DNA of 64,000 bases from Kudoa neothunni (taxonomy: Eukaryota; Animalia; Cnidaria): assembly GCA_964304625.1 (NCBI GenBank), contig OZ199838.1, positions 3,648,075 through 3,712,074 on the forward strand, written 5' to 3'. Of the stretch, positions 38,432-51,339 are shown piece after piece. Below the pieces are notes generated by a model that was given only the letters and a program-made list of their open reading frames with translations, ran no database searches and was not told the origin of the DNA. Each line of letters starts with the position of its first letter. Positions within the stretch are counted from its first letter, which is position 1. The translations under genes were made by a program, and so were the position numbers.

Positions 38432-39706
38432 ATGCCCACTGACGAATACAACAAGCAATCCCAAAGTAATTTTTATTTCAACATTGTTACTTCAAATAAA
38501 TAAACAAAATATTTGTTCATGTACATAATTAATTGCAATGTGTTTTGTTTGTTTGGAGCTGATAAACGATTACAATTTTTAGATCGCATCCATCGTCATG
38601 AGATATCTGTGACATCAGAAGAGCTTGAGGACGAATCATCGTCCAACGATAAAACCGCATCCAATGATCTACGACTTCAATGTAATATGTGTCCAAGAAA
38701 ATTCCATAAAAAAATTCATCTGTTAAAACACCTCAATATTCACGATGAATCGCGGCCATTGAAATGCGATTTCTGTGGCAAACGATTCAATCTCATGTGG
38801 CACCTCAGACGACATCAACTCATCCATAATCAAGTGAAACCTTTCGCTTGCTCACATTGTGATAAATCATTCTGCACCAAATGCGAACTATCAAGACATG
38901 TCAACTATTCTCACTTTGGTATGAGTTTTTATGTTTGAAAATTACCAATGAAATATTCACGCTGACTCAAATAACTAATCTTTTTTATAAAGTTGCAATT
39001 TTTAACATTTGTTTTAATAACTAATCTAAAATAATTGATTTTTATTTATAATTAATGTTTATGATATGGATCTTACTGTCTATTGTAGGCATAAAAGAAT
39101 ATATATGTGAAGTGTGCAATCGATCATTCACTCTGAAGAGCAACCTCAAAGTGCACCAACGCAAACATACGGGAGAAAAACCTTACAAATGTAATGTGTG
39201 CGACCAATCCTTCTATCAAAGTGGCCATCTTACATATCATCTCAAGAAACATGCTAAAGATAAGTCTTTCTTGCTCGATGAGAATCCAAAAATTTCTTTA
39301 ACCAATACCACTAACTCTATGTAATTTTCTTAGTTATTAGCTTGTTCAATAATCGTTATATTTTTATAATCTGATTAGATCTGATTACAGAAAATACTCC
39401 TTAAATAACGTAAATAATTATTCACCAACATCTACCAAACAAACCTATTTTACCCCACAAAACAACACAGATACCGTCACCACTAAAATCTACAGTTATT
39501 ATAAACCCAAACCAACCCAAGCCCACACAAGTCCCTATTCATACCACTCCATAAATTCGCAATCATTGAAAATGAATGATGAATACCGCTATAGGATACG
39601 CTCCTATTACATGAATTATCGCAAACCGTCTGCTCCCTGTGAGCCAAAACTAGTGGCAAGTAATACTGATGGTGGTGCTATTTGGAGACCTTTTACAGAA
39701 GAATAA
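38432..39706 (+). CDS. C2H2 zinc-finger transcription factor (5 fingers, C-terminal WRPF)
   Basis: 4 exons spliced in frame (38432-38465, 38583-38918, 39089-39320, 39391-39706); five CxxC..H..H fingers with an HTGEKPY linker; ends GAIWRPFTEE*. Confidence 0.85.
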
Positions 39707-39866
39707 ATCAATGACTATCGTTGTGTTATAGTTATCTTTTTAATTCAAATAAAGTTGTTTATATTTTGGGCCAAATATATCGCTTTTTGACATTCTACTA
39801 TCTGTTTTATTTTAAAGTGAAATATTATATTCGGACTGCTTCAGAAAATTTTTAAAACTAATAGCT

Positions 39867-40987
39867 TCTACCGTATAAAGTATAAAACTAACCAGAAATC
39901 CGTGTATGTGTGTGTACGCATTTTTAATTCTTTATAGAGACATAACGCTCCATTTGAGCACACATATGGAAAGATAACATTTTATTTTAACGCAGAAAAA
40001 TACGTAAAAATTTATTAAAGATTTACATCCTACAAAATGACTAAAAACATTTTCACGTGGTATGATTCGTATGATTTGAGTGATATATGCATGCAAACAT
40101 ATAGATCATTTCGTTAAAGTTTTAAAAAGTTAATTTTAAACTTACCATAGTGTTTATTCATTTTTAAAAATATTAAATAAAGTTCGTGAATCAAATTACT
40201 TAAAGTAAGTTAATTAAAATACAATTTAGCACTAACTAGAGTAACTGTATATGAACTTAGTGCGGCACTGACGTACAATCAGAACAAAGTCGGTTCCTAC
40301 AATTTGACCTACTAATTGGTTTTTCTTTCAACATCTTTTCATATCTCTTAATATCACAAAAAATAACATTAAATAACTAAAATTCAGATCAAAAAATAAC
40401 TTTAAAATCCTAAGCCGCACGCACATATTCGGATTCTCATGTAATTTACATTTTATTTAGAAAAAGATCAAAATTCGTTTACTTTTTGTGTTAAACATAG
40501 TTATTTACATTAATTATTCCAAAATTTGTTTATAATGAATAACAGAGATCTATCAGATAACTCATTAGTTGCCGCGTTTTATATATTAATATATTAATGC
40601 GTTACAAAATTAAAATAAATTAAAGCAAACTCATGTGATATTTATGTTTATATTTTTGTGAACGTACTATGTAAAACATAACAATTAACGGTCAAGAAAC
40701 CTAAGTAGATCATATGTTCACATACCAAAGTTTGGTATTTCAGTAGATTGTAAATATATGGCGTAACATGACAATTTATAACCAAAAACTAATTAATGAA
40801 TATTTATTTTTAGATTTTACACCATTTTTATATTAGTTAAATAAATATTACTTTATTTGTGTAATCTTTGTTCTATTTTTCCAAATACTCTTAATTTACT
40901 TAAACTTAAATGACTTTGGCATGCTCAAGGCTTTAGTCTACTTCGCGTGGGCAAGGAAGCCTATGCGAAGGGGGGCTTTTGCGCTAG
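39867..40987 (+). mobile_element. Putative non-autonomous Helitron
   Basis: 3' 12-bp GC hairpin CTTCGCGTGGGC-AAGGAA-GCCTATGCGAAG (40941-40970), 13 nt before CTAG|T; candidate 5' TC end followed by a short GTGT tract. Confidence 0.5.
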
Positions 40988-41059
40988 TATTTTATAAAAA
41001 AAATTAATGTTAATTAAAATGCTTACATAGAATTGTCATATTTTTAATATATAAATTTA

Positions 41060-42504
41060 TAGGGTTTTTCGAGCTTTAGTGACACCATGTCAAGCATTAA
41101 TGACATCATGTCAAGCTTTAGTGACACGTGCGTAATTTAAGCTTATAATTACGTTCACATTGTAAATTAATCGAATAAAAATAATATGAGTGGTATAAAT
41201 TTAACATTACACGTTAGTTTAATATTTGTGAACTTTAAAAACAGATAATAGCGACGATTCTCAAATGACAACTCGAACCAAATTTAAGAGACAAAAACAA
41301 TAAGTGACCGAGATAGGAAAATGATTGCTAATCAGTGCGAATTGGGTTACAGCAACGCCGTCATCGCTGAAAATGTTGGAATTAAGCGACAAACTGTTGC
41401 TTCAATTGTAAAATCGTATCTTCTTGATGGGAAAGAAAAGTCATTAAAAAGGGGTGGTGACTTTTCTTCAAAACTCAATGAAGATCAAAAGTTGCGTATT
41501 AGAAGTTGGGTGGATGAGGACGCCACCATTACCCTTAAGACTCTTCGTCAAAAATTATTAGACGAATGTGGCGTGAGTGTTAGCGTTAGCACAATAAATA
41601 GATGCCTTAAAGAATTCCATTATTCTTTAAAAATGCTCACCATTGTTCCTGAACGAAGAAATCTGACGATACAGTGGAAAAACGTTTTGTGTACGCCCAA
41701 GAGTTCAATTCAAAATTGCTTGAGGCAGAAGGCAGCAACTTTGTTTTTATTGACGAAGTTGGTTTTAATGTATCGTCACGTACAAGACAGGGTCGTTCGC
41801 TTGCTGGTACATCAGCATATGTAAACGTGAAAGCCGTCAAGTCAAGGAACATATCCGTCATCGCAGCGATGAATAAGTATGGCATGGTGCTATATAAAAT
41901 AAATCGAAGACCAGTAAATGGCGAAGATTTTAAAGAGTTCCTCATTGAGTTGGCAGATTTGTGCCGTTCTTTGGAAATTGAAGATCCATGCTTCATACTC
42001 GATAATGCAAGGATACATCATTATCGGGGACTTAGCGAAATTTTAGCAACGTTACAACTAACGTTGATGTATCTACCTCCGTATTCACTCTTCATGAATC
42101 CAATTGAAAATGTTTTCAGCAAATGGAAAAACCATGTTGTGAGAGGACATGCGAGAAATGAAAGCGACCTTTTAAATTTAATAGATGATGGTTTCAAAGT
42201 TATTTCCACCAACGACTGCTCAAATTATTATCGAAAAATGCTTCGATATATCAGCAGATGTTTGAACCGAGAAATTATTTTAGAATAAGTATAAATTATA
42301 CGATAGTGTTTGGATATCTTTTTCAAATTCCCAAAATTATTATTTGTTGTTCATTCGAAATTTAAAGTAATATTTTCGTATTTTTTTACCTAATTATATA
42401 GCTATCTTAAATACCGTGTCACTAAAGCTTGACATGATGTCATTAAAGCTTGACACGATGTCACTAATGCTTGACATGATGTCACTAAAGCTCGGAAAAC
42501 CCTA
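41060..42504 (+). mobile_element. IS630/Tc1/mariner-superfamily DD34E transposon, near intact
   Basis: TA|TAGGGTTTT...AAAACCCTA|TA termini with long TIRs; HTH ORF plus DDE ORF (FIDEVGF, ILDNARIH, LPPYSLFMNPIE; 34 residues between D and E). Confidence 0.95.
41186..42288 (+). pseudogene. DD34E transposase with a probable 52-nt intron and two -1 frame breaks
   Basis: ATG AGT G|gtataa...acag|AT AAT gives MSDNSDDSQMTTRTKFKR; breaks near 41290 and 41662. Confidence 0.75.
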
Positions 42505-43209
42505 TAATAATTGTTTACTTTATGTTTAAAATTAGAAACAATGATAATCATTAAATTGCATCAAGAATATTTGAGAGAATAAAGAATTATACGATTCAAC
42601 GTTATTATGCGCCGCCACACAAGCTACATTAGCTAAAAAACCAAAAACATCGTAAAATAAAACTTTACTATAAATTTATTTGGGAGTAACATTTAAAATA
42701 AAAATATTAGTTTTAATCTGAGCAACGAAATTAAGCAACTTCAAACTACCTGATTCAGTAATCTACACAAAAACACACGGAAGATAAAGTCATTAAGTTT
42801 TTTAATTTGTTTGTAGAAAAATATAAGTTCGAAATATTTCACACCGATTTTTATTATATTTATGCAAATAATTGTAAACTCGATTAAATATGTAATTCAT
42901 TAACACGGCGTTTAGGTTTGACTACAACGGGTTCTGGAAAGCGAGAAATTGATAACGAATGCTTTGTTTTTAATAAAGGTTTGATTGAATTATACTTATT
43001 AATTGATACTAATCCAAAAAGTATTTGTCTGGATTGCCACATACCCCAACAGTACTCAAATAATTTGATTAAATCGTGTATTGAACTTTAGTTAAAATTC
43101 AGTTTAGTTTAAAGTATATAATAATTAATTTCAGAGTTATTTGGTCAAATATATTTTTTCATAATAAAACGACAATCTGATCCGTCTAGAAATATAATTT
43201 TCCATTCCT

Positions 43210-43696
43210 ACTCTAGATTGTTCGAACGTCTAATATGACCCTCTCCATTAAATAGATCTCTTATTGAGAGGCAAACACACAAAACAATATGCACATAACC
43301 AAACCACAGCTCTAATTACAGAAACAAAACTTGGCGCATTGTAATTGGTGGTCAGACTGCTGTTTCAAAGTCGGTGGGTCTCTATCCCATATTTGGGAGC
43401 TGTTGTTATACCGTACGCTCGCTGAGAGATGGGGTGCACCAGCAGAAAAATTCGCGTGAATAGGGGATTGAACCTCCGGAACCCATCGAAAGGCAAAGTA
43501 ATTTGCATTTCCCGCAGAGCCAACGTCCTTAAAGGGGTAGGGTTTGGGGTGGTGGTCGCCCTGAGACGTGGATGTTTAGTTTAATGGGTTAAAGTCCCAT
43601 ACTACCGCATATGGATAAGGGGCGGGGTTTCATGTTACGTCCTGCGGTACCTACAGCGTTAATTGAAGAGGTCTGCTCAGCCAGATTTCCGCAACC
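43210..43696 (+). mobile_element. GC-rich structured segment, probably the 3' end/UTR of a non-LTR retrotransposon
   Basis: Several hairpins; TTTAATGGGTTAAAGTCCCATACTACCGC resembles (from memory) 3' tails of R1-like elements; related motif at 63783. Confidence 0.4.
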
Positions 43697-44319
43697 TAAT
43701 AATTTGCGCCAGGGGTTTTACCTTGTAAACAAAGACAAAAAAATCTGTTATTCATCAATTCTCTTTTAGTGGGATAATTCCTACGATGTGCGAAAAAATT
43801 CATTTGAATGAACCTTGTGGTGCAACTAACAAAATGTACTATAGTGTCTACAATCTCAAACCTAATCAATTTTATTGGACTCATTTATAACAATCAGCAA
43901 TTACATTAACTACGATTCCAATGAAATTCTCGCCACATTGTAAACCAACACCTCAAATTGAGAAACATTAGAAAACGCGCCGATAATGGCTGTCATGGAA
44001 TACCTAAAGCGGTTATTGAATCATTTTTATTGATCAATCAATTTATCTTAGCCACGCATCAACATATAAATATCGAAAAATGTAAACTGATATCATTCCA
44101 TGTTTACCAAATAAAATGTGAAGCGTACCGATATTTCAAATTTTAACCAATTATTAAAATTAACGACCAAAAATATATTTTAATAATCAAAGCTTAAGCA
44201 ACCATTATTACTACTAGTGAGAAAAAATTTATATAACAACCATTATATACCACTCAAACAACTAGAAATAAACAGATAGAGAGACACTCTGAATAACTAT
44301 AAAAGTGTCCCACTTAAAA

Positions 44320-47227
44320 TTAAACAGGTGTGTAATCAAGGGTGGATTCAAGTTTCTTGGAGATTTCTAGTTTGCGAAGGGCTTTCATGAAATCTTCTTG
44401 GATGGCATAATTTCTTTCGGCTCTGAAGGCGCAAAGTCCTTCATTAGAGTTAACAAACTGATTCAAACTCGAAAAAGAATACCGGCTTCAGTACAAACAT
44501 TTCTAAGATCGGCTCCGTTAAAACCCTCGGACATCTTAACCATAGCTTCAAAATCTAAAACCACAAATGAATTAAATATTTGAAATCCAAAAATAACCAA
44601 TTCTCCCTTGAATATTCATTTTTCTCGAATAGATTTTCAAAATTTCAAGTCGTCCAAATTCATTAGGCAAGTTTATATCTTAATATCCATTATAAAAATT
44701 TCATTTTTATTCTCAAGAAACTTACGAATTTTCCTGTCTATTCTTCCCGGTCTCAACAACGCAGGATCAAGTGTATCGGGTCGATTGGTTGCCATGATAA
44801 CTTTAATCTAATAGTTGTCGTTACATGTGATAAATCTAAAAAAGCATTTCAAATTGCACATACTTGACCCAGTTCATCGAAGCCATCCATTTGGTTGAGC
44901 AGCTACATTGACATTTCAATAAAAAACAATTTTTTGTGATAGTTCAATGTAAAATTACCTCCATGAGAGTTCGTTGAATTTCACGATCGGCTGAAGAACC
45001 TTCGGAGAATCTTTTTCCTCCTATAATGCAGTTGATCATATTAGTTAGAATACATGACTCATGAGCAGTAATAATACCAATAGCGTCTATTTCGTCCATG
45101 AAAATGATACACGGCTGGTGATCTTTTGCATAAACTAATAATCCACACAGATTAACATAAGCAAATAAAAATAAATTATAGTCTAATTACCAAACATTTC
45201 TCTTATTAATCGTGCACTTTCACCAATGTATTTATCAACAATAGAGCTAGACACTACCTATAATAATAATAATAATAATAATTAATAATAATTTTCAATT
45301 TGAACATTATGTTAAATAATAAAATGTAGCTTGAGGAAAGAAGTACCTTTAGAAAATTACAATTGAGTTGTTTAGCAACAGCTCTGGCAAGTAGTGTTTT
45401 ACCGGTTCCTATTAAGAGAAAATATAATCAGTAACGACAATCTATAACACTCTACGACGGTGGTGCACAAACTTTTGAAGCCTCGAGTCAAATTTTAACT
45501 TACGAAAACTTCCAGAGGCCAACAGGTTTAAACTAAAGTTATAACCCACATTTTGGATAAATTTACGAATTTTGAATCGCAAAATTCAAAACTGTTCATA
45601 AATAATAAGTTTACTAAATGTTTTAAATTGAATAAAACAACATTTTTCTTTCAGGCGTCATTAATTTTCTATTCTCATCATAAAGTTTTGATTAGAATTT
45701 CAGTCATTTTAGCTTGGAAATAAAATAAAAATAAGCTGGATTAAATATGAGATACATTGTGGATGAGAAAAATGGATGTGTGAAGTGCAGTTTAAATCGC
45801 CCTTTACTATGTGCTTATTAACAGCTCTAATTGATGTTTATCCTTTGCGTCAAAGTCTTTTTACGTTTTATTTTTCTTATAAAAACCTTCCGAAAATTTT
45901 GATTTTTACGCACAATACAAACATCTTATTATTTCTCACCGTTTATAAAACGTACTTTAATGATAACCTTATTTTAACTAAACTTAAACTTCGGGTCAGC
46001 AATGTCAAGCGGATTTTTAAATCATGAATCCATCCAGTCCTGTATGATTTTCTTCTCCTCCATACATACTCAAGAAGAAAAAATTAAAATTAGTACATTA
46101 ACTTCGATTAAAAAACGTTTTTTCTATGTTACATGATGAAGTGGCTATTAGAAATAAATCATTTTGCTTATTTAGAGGCTTTTTTGATGGTTCGCATATA
46201 ATAAAAACTCAAATAAATTTTATTAATAGCTTCATTAGGTATTCTCGATATATTCAATGTCGAGAAAAACCAACTGAAGTTAAATAGTCGAATGCTTATT
46301 TCGCTTCATTAAAGTATATCATAAATCTGAACTTAACTAGGGGTTATCGCGGGCCACAAAAAAAACTCATTGAGAGCCGGAGTTTGTGCACCCCTGCGCT
46401 ACAATATGCCATAGAGATAGGATTTACTCAGGAATACACTTACCAGGTGGGCCATACAAAAGACAACCTCTAGGAGGTTTGATACCAACTCTAGTGAACA
46501 GAGATGGATTCAGCATAGGTAGTTCGATCACTTCTTTTAGTTGACGAACTTGTTCAGCCAAACCACCAATCTCTTCAAATTTCACGTCGCCAGGATCCTC
46601 TTGGGTCATCGAATACACCATAGGATCAACTTCTCGTGGTAAAAGTCGCATAATGCTGTAGGTCATTTGATCCAAAGTAACACGATCACCAGGCTCTAAT
46701 TTGTTTCCAATCAGCTAAATAAAATAGGTAGGTTGAGCTAATTCAAAACCATCCAAGTGACTAGGTACAGATGATTTTATTCCGACCACGTATCTAGGAC
46801 CATTCATAGTTTTCACTACATCTATTAAAATAACATAAAACTTAAAATATATCAACATGATAATTACATCGGTCGCTTGAAATACATTTAAGCACCTCAG
46901 CAACCAACTAAAAAACATCAATTCACCCAATGCATCAGAAAACATAAAACAAATAAATCAATATACTTGACTGCCCGTCAATATAGCCCTAACATGACGC
47001 TCTAGAACAATAAATCCTTTTTTAGCTTCTTTCACCAACTCATTCACTAGAAAAAATAGTTTATTTCCATAAATACACTTCAAATGCGACAAGATTAGTT
47101 GTAACTGCATACTGTTTTTGAGTTTGGATAACTCCGTTTGATGCTGGTGCAGTTTCTTGCGATAAAACTGAATGGCAGTGGTTCGACTTGAGTCTTCTTG
47201 AATGTTAGCTGCAGTAGTAAGCGACAT
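44320..47227 (-). CDS. PSMC6: 26S proteasome AAA-ATPase Rpt4 (subunit 10B)
   Basis: [31 protein letters not shown] Walker [56 protein letters not shown]; ends [11 protein letters not shown]. Confidence 0.97.
45458..46396. mobile_element. hAT non-autonomous element in a PSMC6 intron
   Basis: TIRs CGGTGGTGCACAAACT / AGTTTGTGCACCCCTG; degenerate 8-bp TSD CTCTACGA / CGCTACAA. Confidence 0.75.
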
Positions 47228-47293
47228 AATAATATCGGCATCTACCGGGTAATATCGTTTTTGGTAAGAGTTCGCTCGTGATTCGCTGTTGAA
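47228..47293. promoter_or_regulatory. 66-bp divergent intergenic region (bidirectional promoter candidate)
   Basis: Lies between the PSMC6 ATG (47227, -) and the inferred TUFM ATG (47294, +). Confidence 0.65.
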
Positions 47294-48879
47294 ATGCTCC
47301 GATGTTTAAGTATTATTTTTGAATTTTTTATTTTGACGTTAATGAATTGATTAGGAACTGCCGTCTCTCATTTTCAAATTGAAACTCAACCTGTAAACAA
47401 TTTAAACGGTATGCCGGCACCAAATTTAAATTTAAAAAATAAACATGGATATTTTAATTTTTTGTTTTTTTATTGTGTAAATATTCTCTAATAGTTCGTT
47501 TTCTGTCGGAAAAATTATTTGTGAGAGACAAACCACATTTAATTGTTGGGACCATTGGGCATGTGGACCACGGCAAAACCACCTTAACAGCCGCTATTAC
47601 CAAATGTAACTCTATTTATTATTTTATCATTTTATTATGGATTGATTTATTGATTTTTAAAACAGATCTTGCCTCAAAAGGATCAACTCAATTTCGAGCG
47701 TACGACCAAATTGATAAAGCTCCAGAAGAAAGATCTCGAGGTATAACCATTCACTCTACTGTGGTTGAATATGAAACTGATAAACGTCACTATGGTCACA
47801 TTGATTGCCCTGGTCATATTGATTATGTCAAGGTAATTTATGCTGGGATAAATACTAATGGTTGATTGATTGATTGATTGTGGTCTGTAGAATATGATTA
47901 CTGGAACCGCTCAAATGGATGGATGTGTTTTGGTGGTAGCTGCTACTGATGGCACAATGCCTCAAACTAAAGAACACATTCTACTATCCAAACAAGTATT
48001 TATATTTTTATGTGGATTCTTTTATAGTTTTTGATATTGGATATACTTGGGATTGAATTTTAGATTGGAATCGAAGATTTTGTGGTTTATATCAATAAAG
48101 TTGACCAAATGGCAGAAAAAGAAGTGTTAGAACTTGTCGAATTGGAAGTCACCGAACTGTTGAACAAATACGGCTACACTAAGGAACCAGTTTTTATATA
48201 TGGATCAGCGTTGAAAGCACTCAAAGGAGATACCAGCGATATTGGTCTGCCATCTATTGAACGTTTACTGGATGCTATGCAAAAGAATATCCGCGATCCT
48301 GTGCGTGAATTGGACAAACCATTTTTGATGTCGATCGAAGATTCTTATACAATATCTGGACGTGGTACTGTGGTAACAGGAGCTGTAATTAGAGGTCAAC
48401 TAAAAAAAGGAGAAGAAGTCGAATTGGTTGGATTCAGTGACTCTAAACGACGAGTCACTATCAACGGTATACAAATGTTCCACAAAGACCTATCCTCTGC
48501 TCAAGCTGGAGATAGTTTGGGTGCACTTCTCAAGGGAGTGAAACGTGAAGATATTCATCGTGGAATGGTCCTTGCTGCACCCGGAACTGTAACACCACAT
48601 CGAGCTTTTAAATCTCAAACCTATATTCTTAAAAAAGACGAGGGTGGCAGACATACGCCGTTTGTAACAAAATATTCACCTCAAATGTTCTTCCGAACTG
48701 CCAACGTTGCTGCCTCACTTAAACTACCTGAAGGAGTTGAAATGGTGGCACCAGGCGATGATACCTCTCTCGAAGTTAATCTCAAATGCCCCATGGCTAT
48801 CGAACAGGGACAACGCTTCACATTGCGAGAAGGAAATCGCACGATTGGAACTGGTGTGGTCACACAAATTATTGAATAA
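47294..48879 (+). CDS. TUFM: Mitochondrial elongation factor Tu
   Basis: Spliced presequence MLRCLRTAVSHF...VRFLSEK; [46 protein letters not shown]; five GT-AG introns. Confidence 0.97.
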
Positions 48880-49226
48880 TTTTTGACTTTTACTTCCACT
48901 CTATTTATTAGATTCGGTGGATGTTTTATTTGTTGATTATACGCTATGACTTACCCTAAATTGTTTCATTATAACTGTTATTTAAAATCACTAACATTTT
49001 ATCTATGTTAATCGTTTTTATTTCTATTTCCAAGGTTAACACAATTAGCGCGAGGATTTTATCGTTTATTTTGTGTGGTGACCGATTACAATTCTCTAGT
49101 AAGGTTATAACTTATAAGCTTAATAAGCTCAATAAACTAAATAAGCGCTTTGTGTATCTTTGATTTTAGTATTTAGCATCCATATCTTTTGTTCCAGCAT
49201 TAACGTGTGCATTTAAACATTTAAAA

Positions 49227-49563
49227 CGGGGGTTCTTGAGAGTTTTTTAAAATTTACCCCCCCCCCTCTAATTTGAAAGCTAAATTTATGTGTAATAAAG
49301 ATTGTATACTTATTTAAGTATTATTAGGCTACAAATCTAAAAGATAAATGAGGCATAAAAGATGGAGAATGATAATAATTTTATAAATAGTTATTATTAG
49401 AGAACTACTCCAATAATCGTTTTAAGAATCGTTGTCAACATCTTAATTGAGGTTGTTAGCCTTCAGTAATGAACTCCTTAGTTACATAACAAATCACACT
49501 GTGCAGAACTTGCTAGTATCCAATTTTGATGTCACTTATTTTGCCCTTTGTTGAAAACCCCTG
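49227..49563. mobile_element. hAT-like MITE
   Basis: CGGGGGTTCTTGA / TTGAAAACCCCTG ends with similar flanks ATTTAAAA / CTCTAAAA. Confidence 0.5.
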
Positions 49564-50456
49564 CTCTAAAAATTTCGTCTCATCACAGCTAACGTCTATT
49601 ACTATATCTTTGTCGGTTAAGACATTAATTTTTTATGGTTAACATCTGAATAAACTTTAACAGGTTCTTGAATATTCAAGCGAGTAATTCGACTCTCTTC
49701 GCTTAGTCAAACTAAAGTTCATACCTTTTTTCTTTGTTGCGAACGTATGCTCTGACAATAGTTCAGATAATACTTACCCGCATAATTTCCTGTTAAAATT
49801 TAAATGAAATATAGAAAATCCTGCATCTTTATGAAACTCCCTGCTTGAATTTTCTTTAGATAGTTTTAAAATGTTATGTTGAATTTTATTTATTAAAAAA
49901 TAATACAAATTTTAATTACGAAAGACACATTAAAATGAATTAAAAAATGAGGAACAATGCAAATTCAACGAATGTAATGAATTTTTGCGCATAATCATAA
50001 CATGTTCCATAAAATATTTAGGTTAAAATATAACTCTTTGTAGTCTAAAAGTAATCATACATAATTTAAAGGATGGGAAATTAACTTTAAAAAGCTATTG
50101 AAGGATTATTGTTTTGTATTATCGAATAAATCATTATTGGCATTATTTGTAATTATATAATTTATTTTTCTATTTGAAAAAAATATATATACTAAAACTT
50201 AATCTATTGTATCTTTTATAAATCTTTATCTTGAAATATTTTTAGGTGTGGACTAGTTTTAAACATGGGAGTTAACATTACAATTATCGCGCTTGCGCGA
50301 TTTTATTGGAAATATAAACAATTAAGTTTTTTTTAAATTTAGAACGGATAAAAAAGGCTAAATAAATCGTTTATATCACATATATAAAATACACATTAGT
50401 GTTGAGACGTATGTAAATTATTTGGATAATATTTTCACTCTATTTTTCTTTTAAAC

Positions 50457-50870
50457 CAGCGGTTCTTAATCTAGAGTCCGTGAGTAGTTGTAATAAAATT
50501 TGAATCCAATTTTATCAACATACATTAATTGTTATTAAGCATATTTTATGATTGACGCAATTATTTAAAATATATAATATACCCTTGCCTTATTGTTTCT
50601 TATAAAAATTTAATACGTGTTACGAAATTTCCTTGTTTCACAATTTATTTAGTATAAGGATCTATAAAAATAAAATTCGTTTAGTAGGTGATTTCATAGG
50701 AACTAAAATGATTATTCCTTTTGCATCGACCTATTTTTGCGAATCTAAGTTTTCCAATGCTGGTTACCGTCCATATAAATTTTCAAAATCAGTTGTGTTG
50801 CTGTTTCAAATACTTTGAGATATTTCCATGGACATATTGATAAAATTCATCTACAAAAAGCTCATTAGAT
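50457..50870 (+). mobile_element. Charlie/Buster-type hAT deletion derivative
   Basis: CAGCGGTTCTTAA terminus and IIPFASTYFCESKFS dimerisation motif. Confidence 0.7.
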
Positions 50871-51339
50871 ATTTTTTTCATGTTTATTATTTATATAAGA
50901 AATATGTTTTTGCATTAAATTCACAATTAATAATAAAATAATTCCTCATTTATCAATTTTTTATTTTTATAAATATAATTAATATTAAAAATAAAGATTT
51001 TATGTAACAAAAATATTTCGATTATTATTAAAACATTTTATACTTAAATATTTTTAATGGATTTTACTCTCAAACATGTGTGTATGAATTCAATTGATTT
51101 TATTGAATATTTTAATTTAATATATTATGCATCGTTTCTATATATTGTTAAAAAAATTACTGAGAAAGATTTAAAAGTTGTTTATTTTATTAACACAAAA
51201 TAATTCGTTTCTTAGTGATTAAACATTTTTAATGTATATTTCAAAACCAAACCATTATATGGTTAATTTACATAATAAATATTTAATTTAATTGAGGAGG
51301 GATCACATTTGATATCTGCCAAATTAATCATATAACATT

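Noticed and set aside
42415-42504. 21-bp tandem repeats as a CRISPR array
   Set aside because: No unique spacers; they are the transposon TIR, mirrored at 41060-41128
43395-43480. TPP riboswitch (GGGAGCTG...GCTGAGAG...GAACCT)
   Set aside because: Lacks the 3' GAUxxGxUAAU...GCGxAGG half
43446-43500. tRNA on the minus strand (GGTTCAATCCC B-box)
   Set aside because: No D-arm or acceptor stem can be built
47473-48879. Bacterial tuf gene (contamination or HGT)
   Set aside because: Spliceosomal introns and a mitochondrial-type presequence are present
49770-49792. U1 snRNA 5' end (ATACTTACCC)
   Set aside because: No U1 stem-loops follow; more likely a minus-strand GTAAGT donor-like sequence or chance
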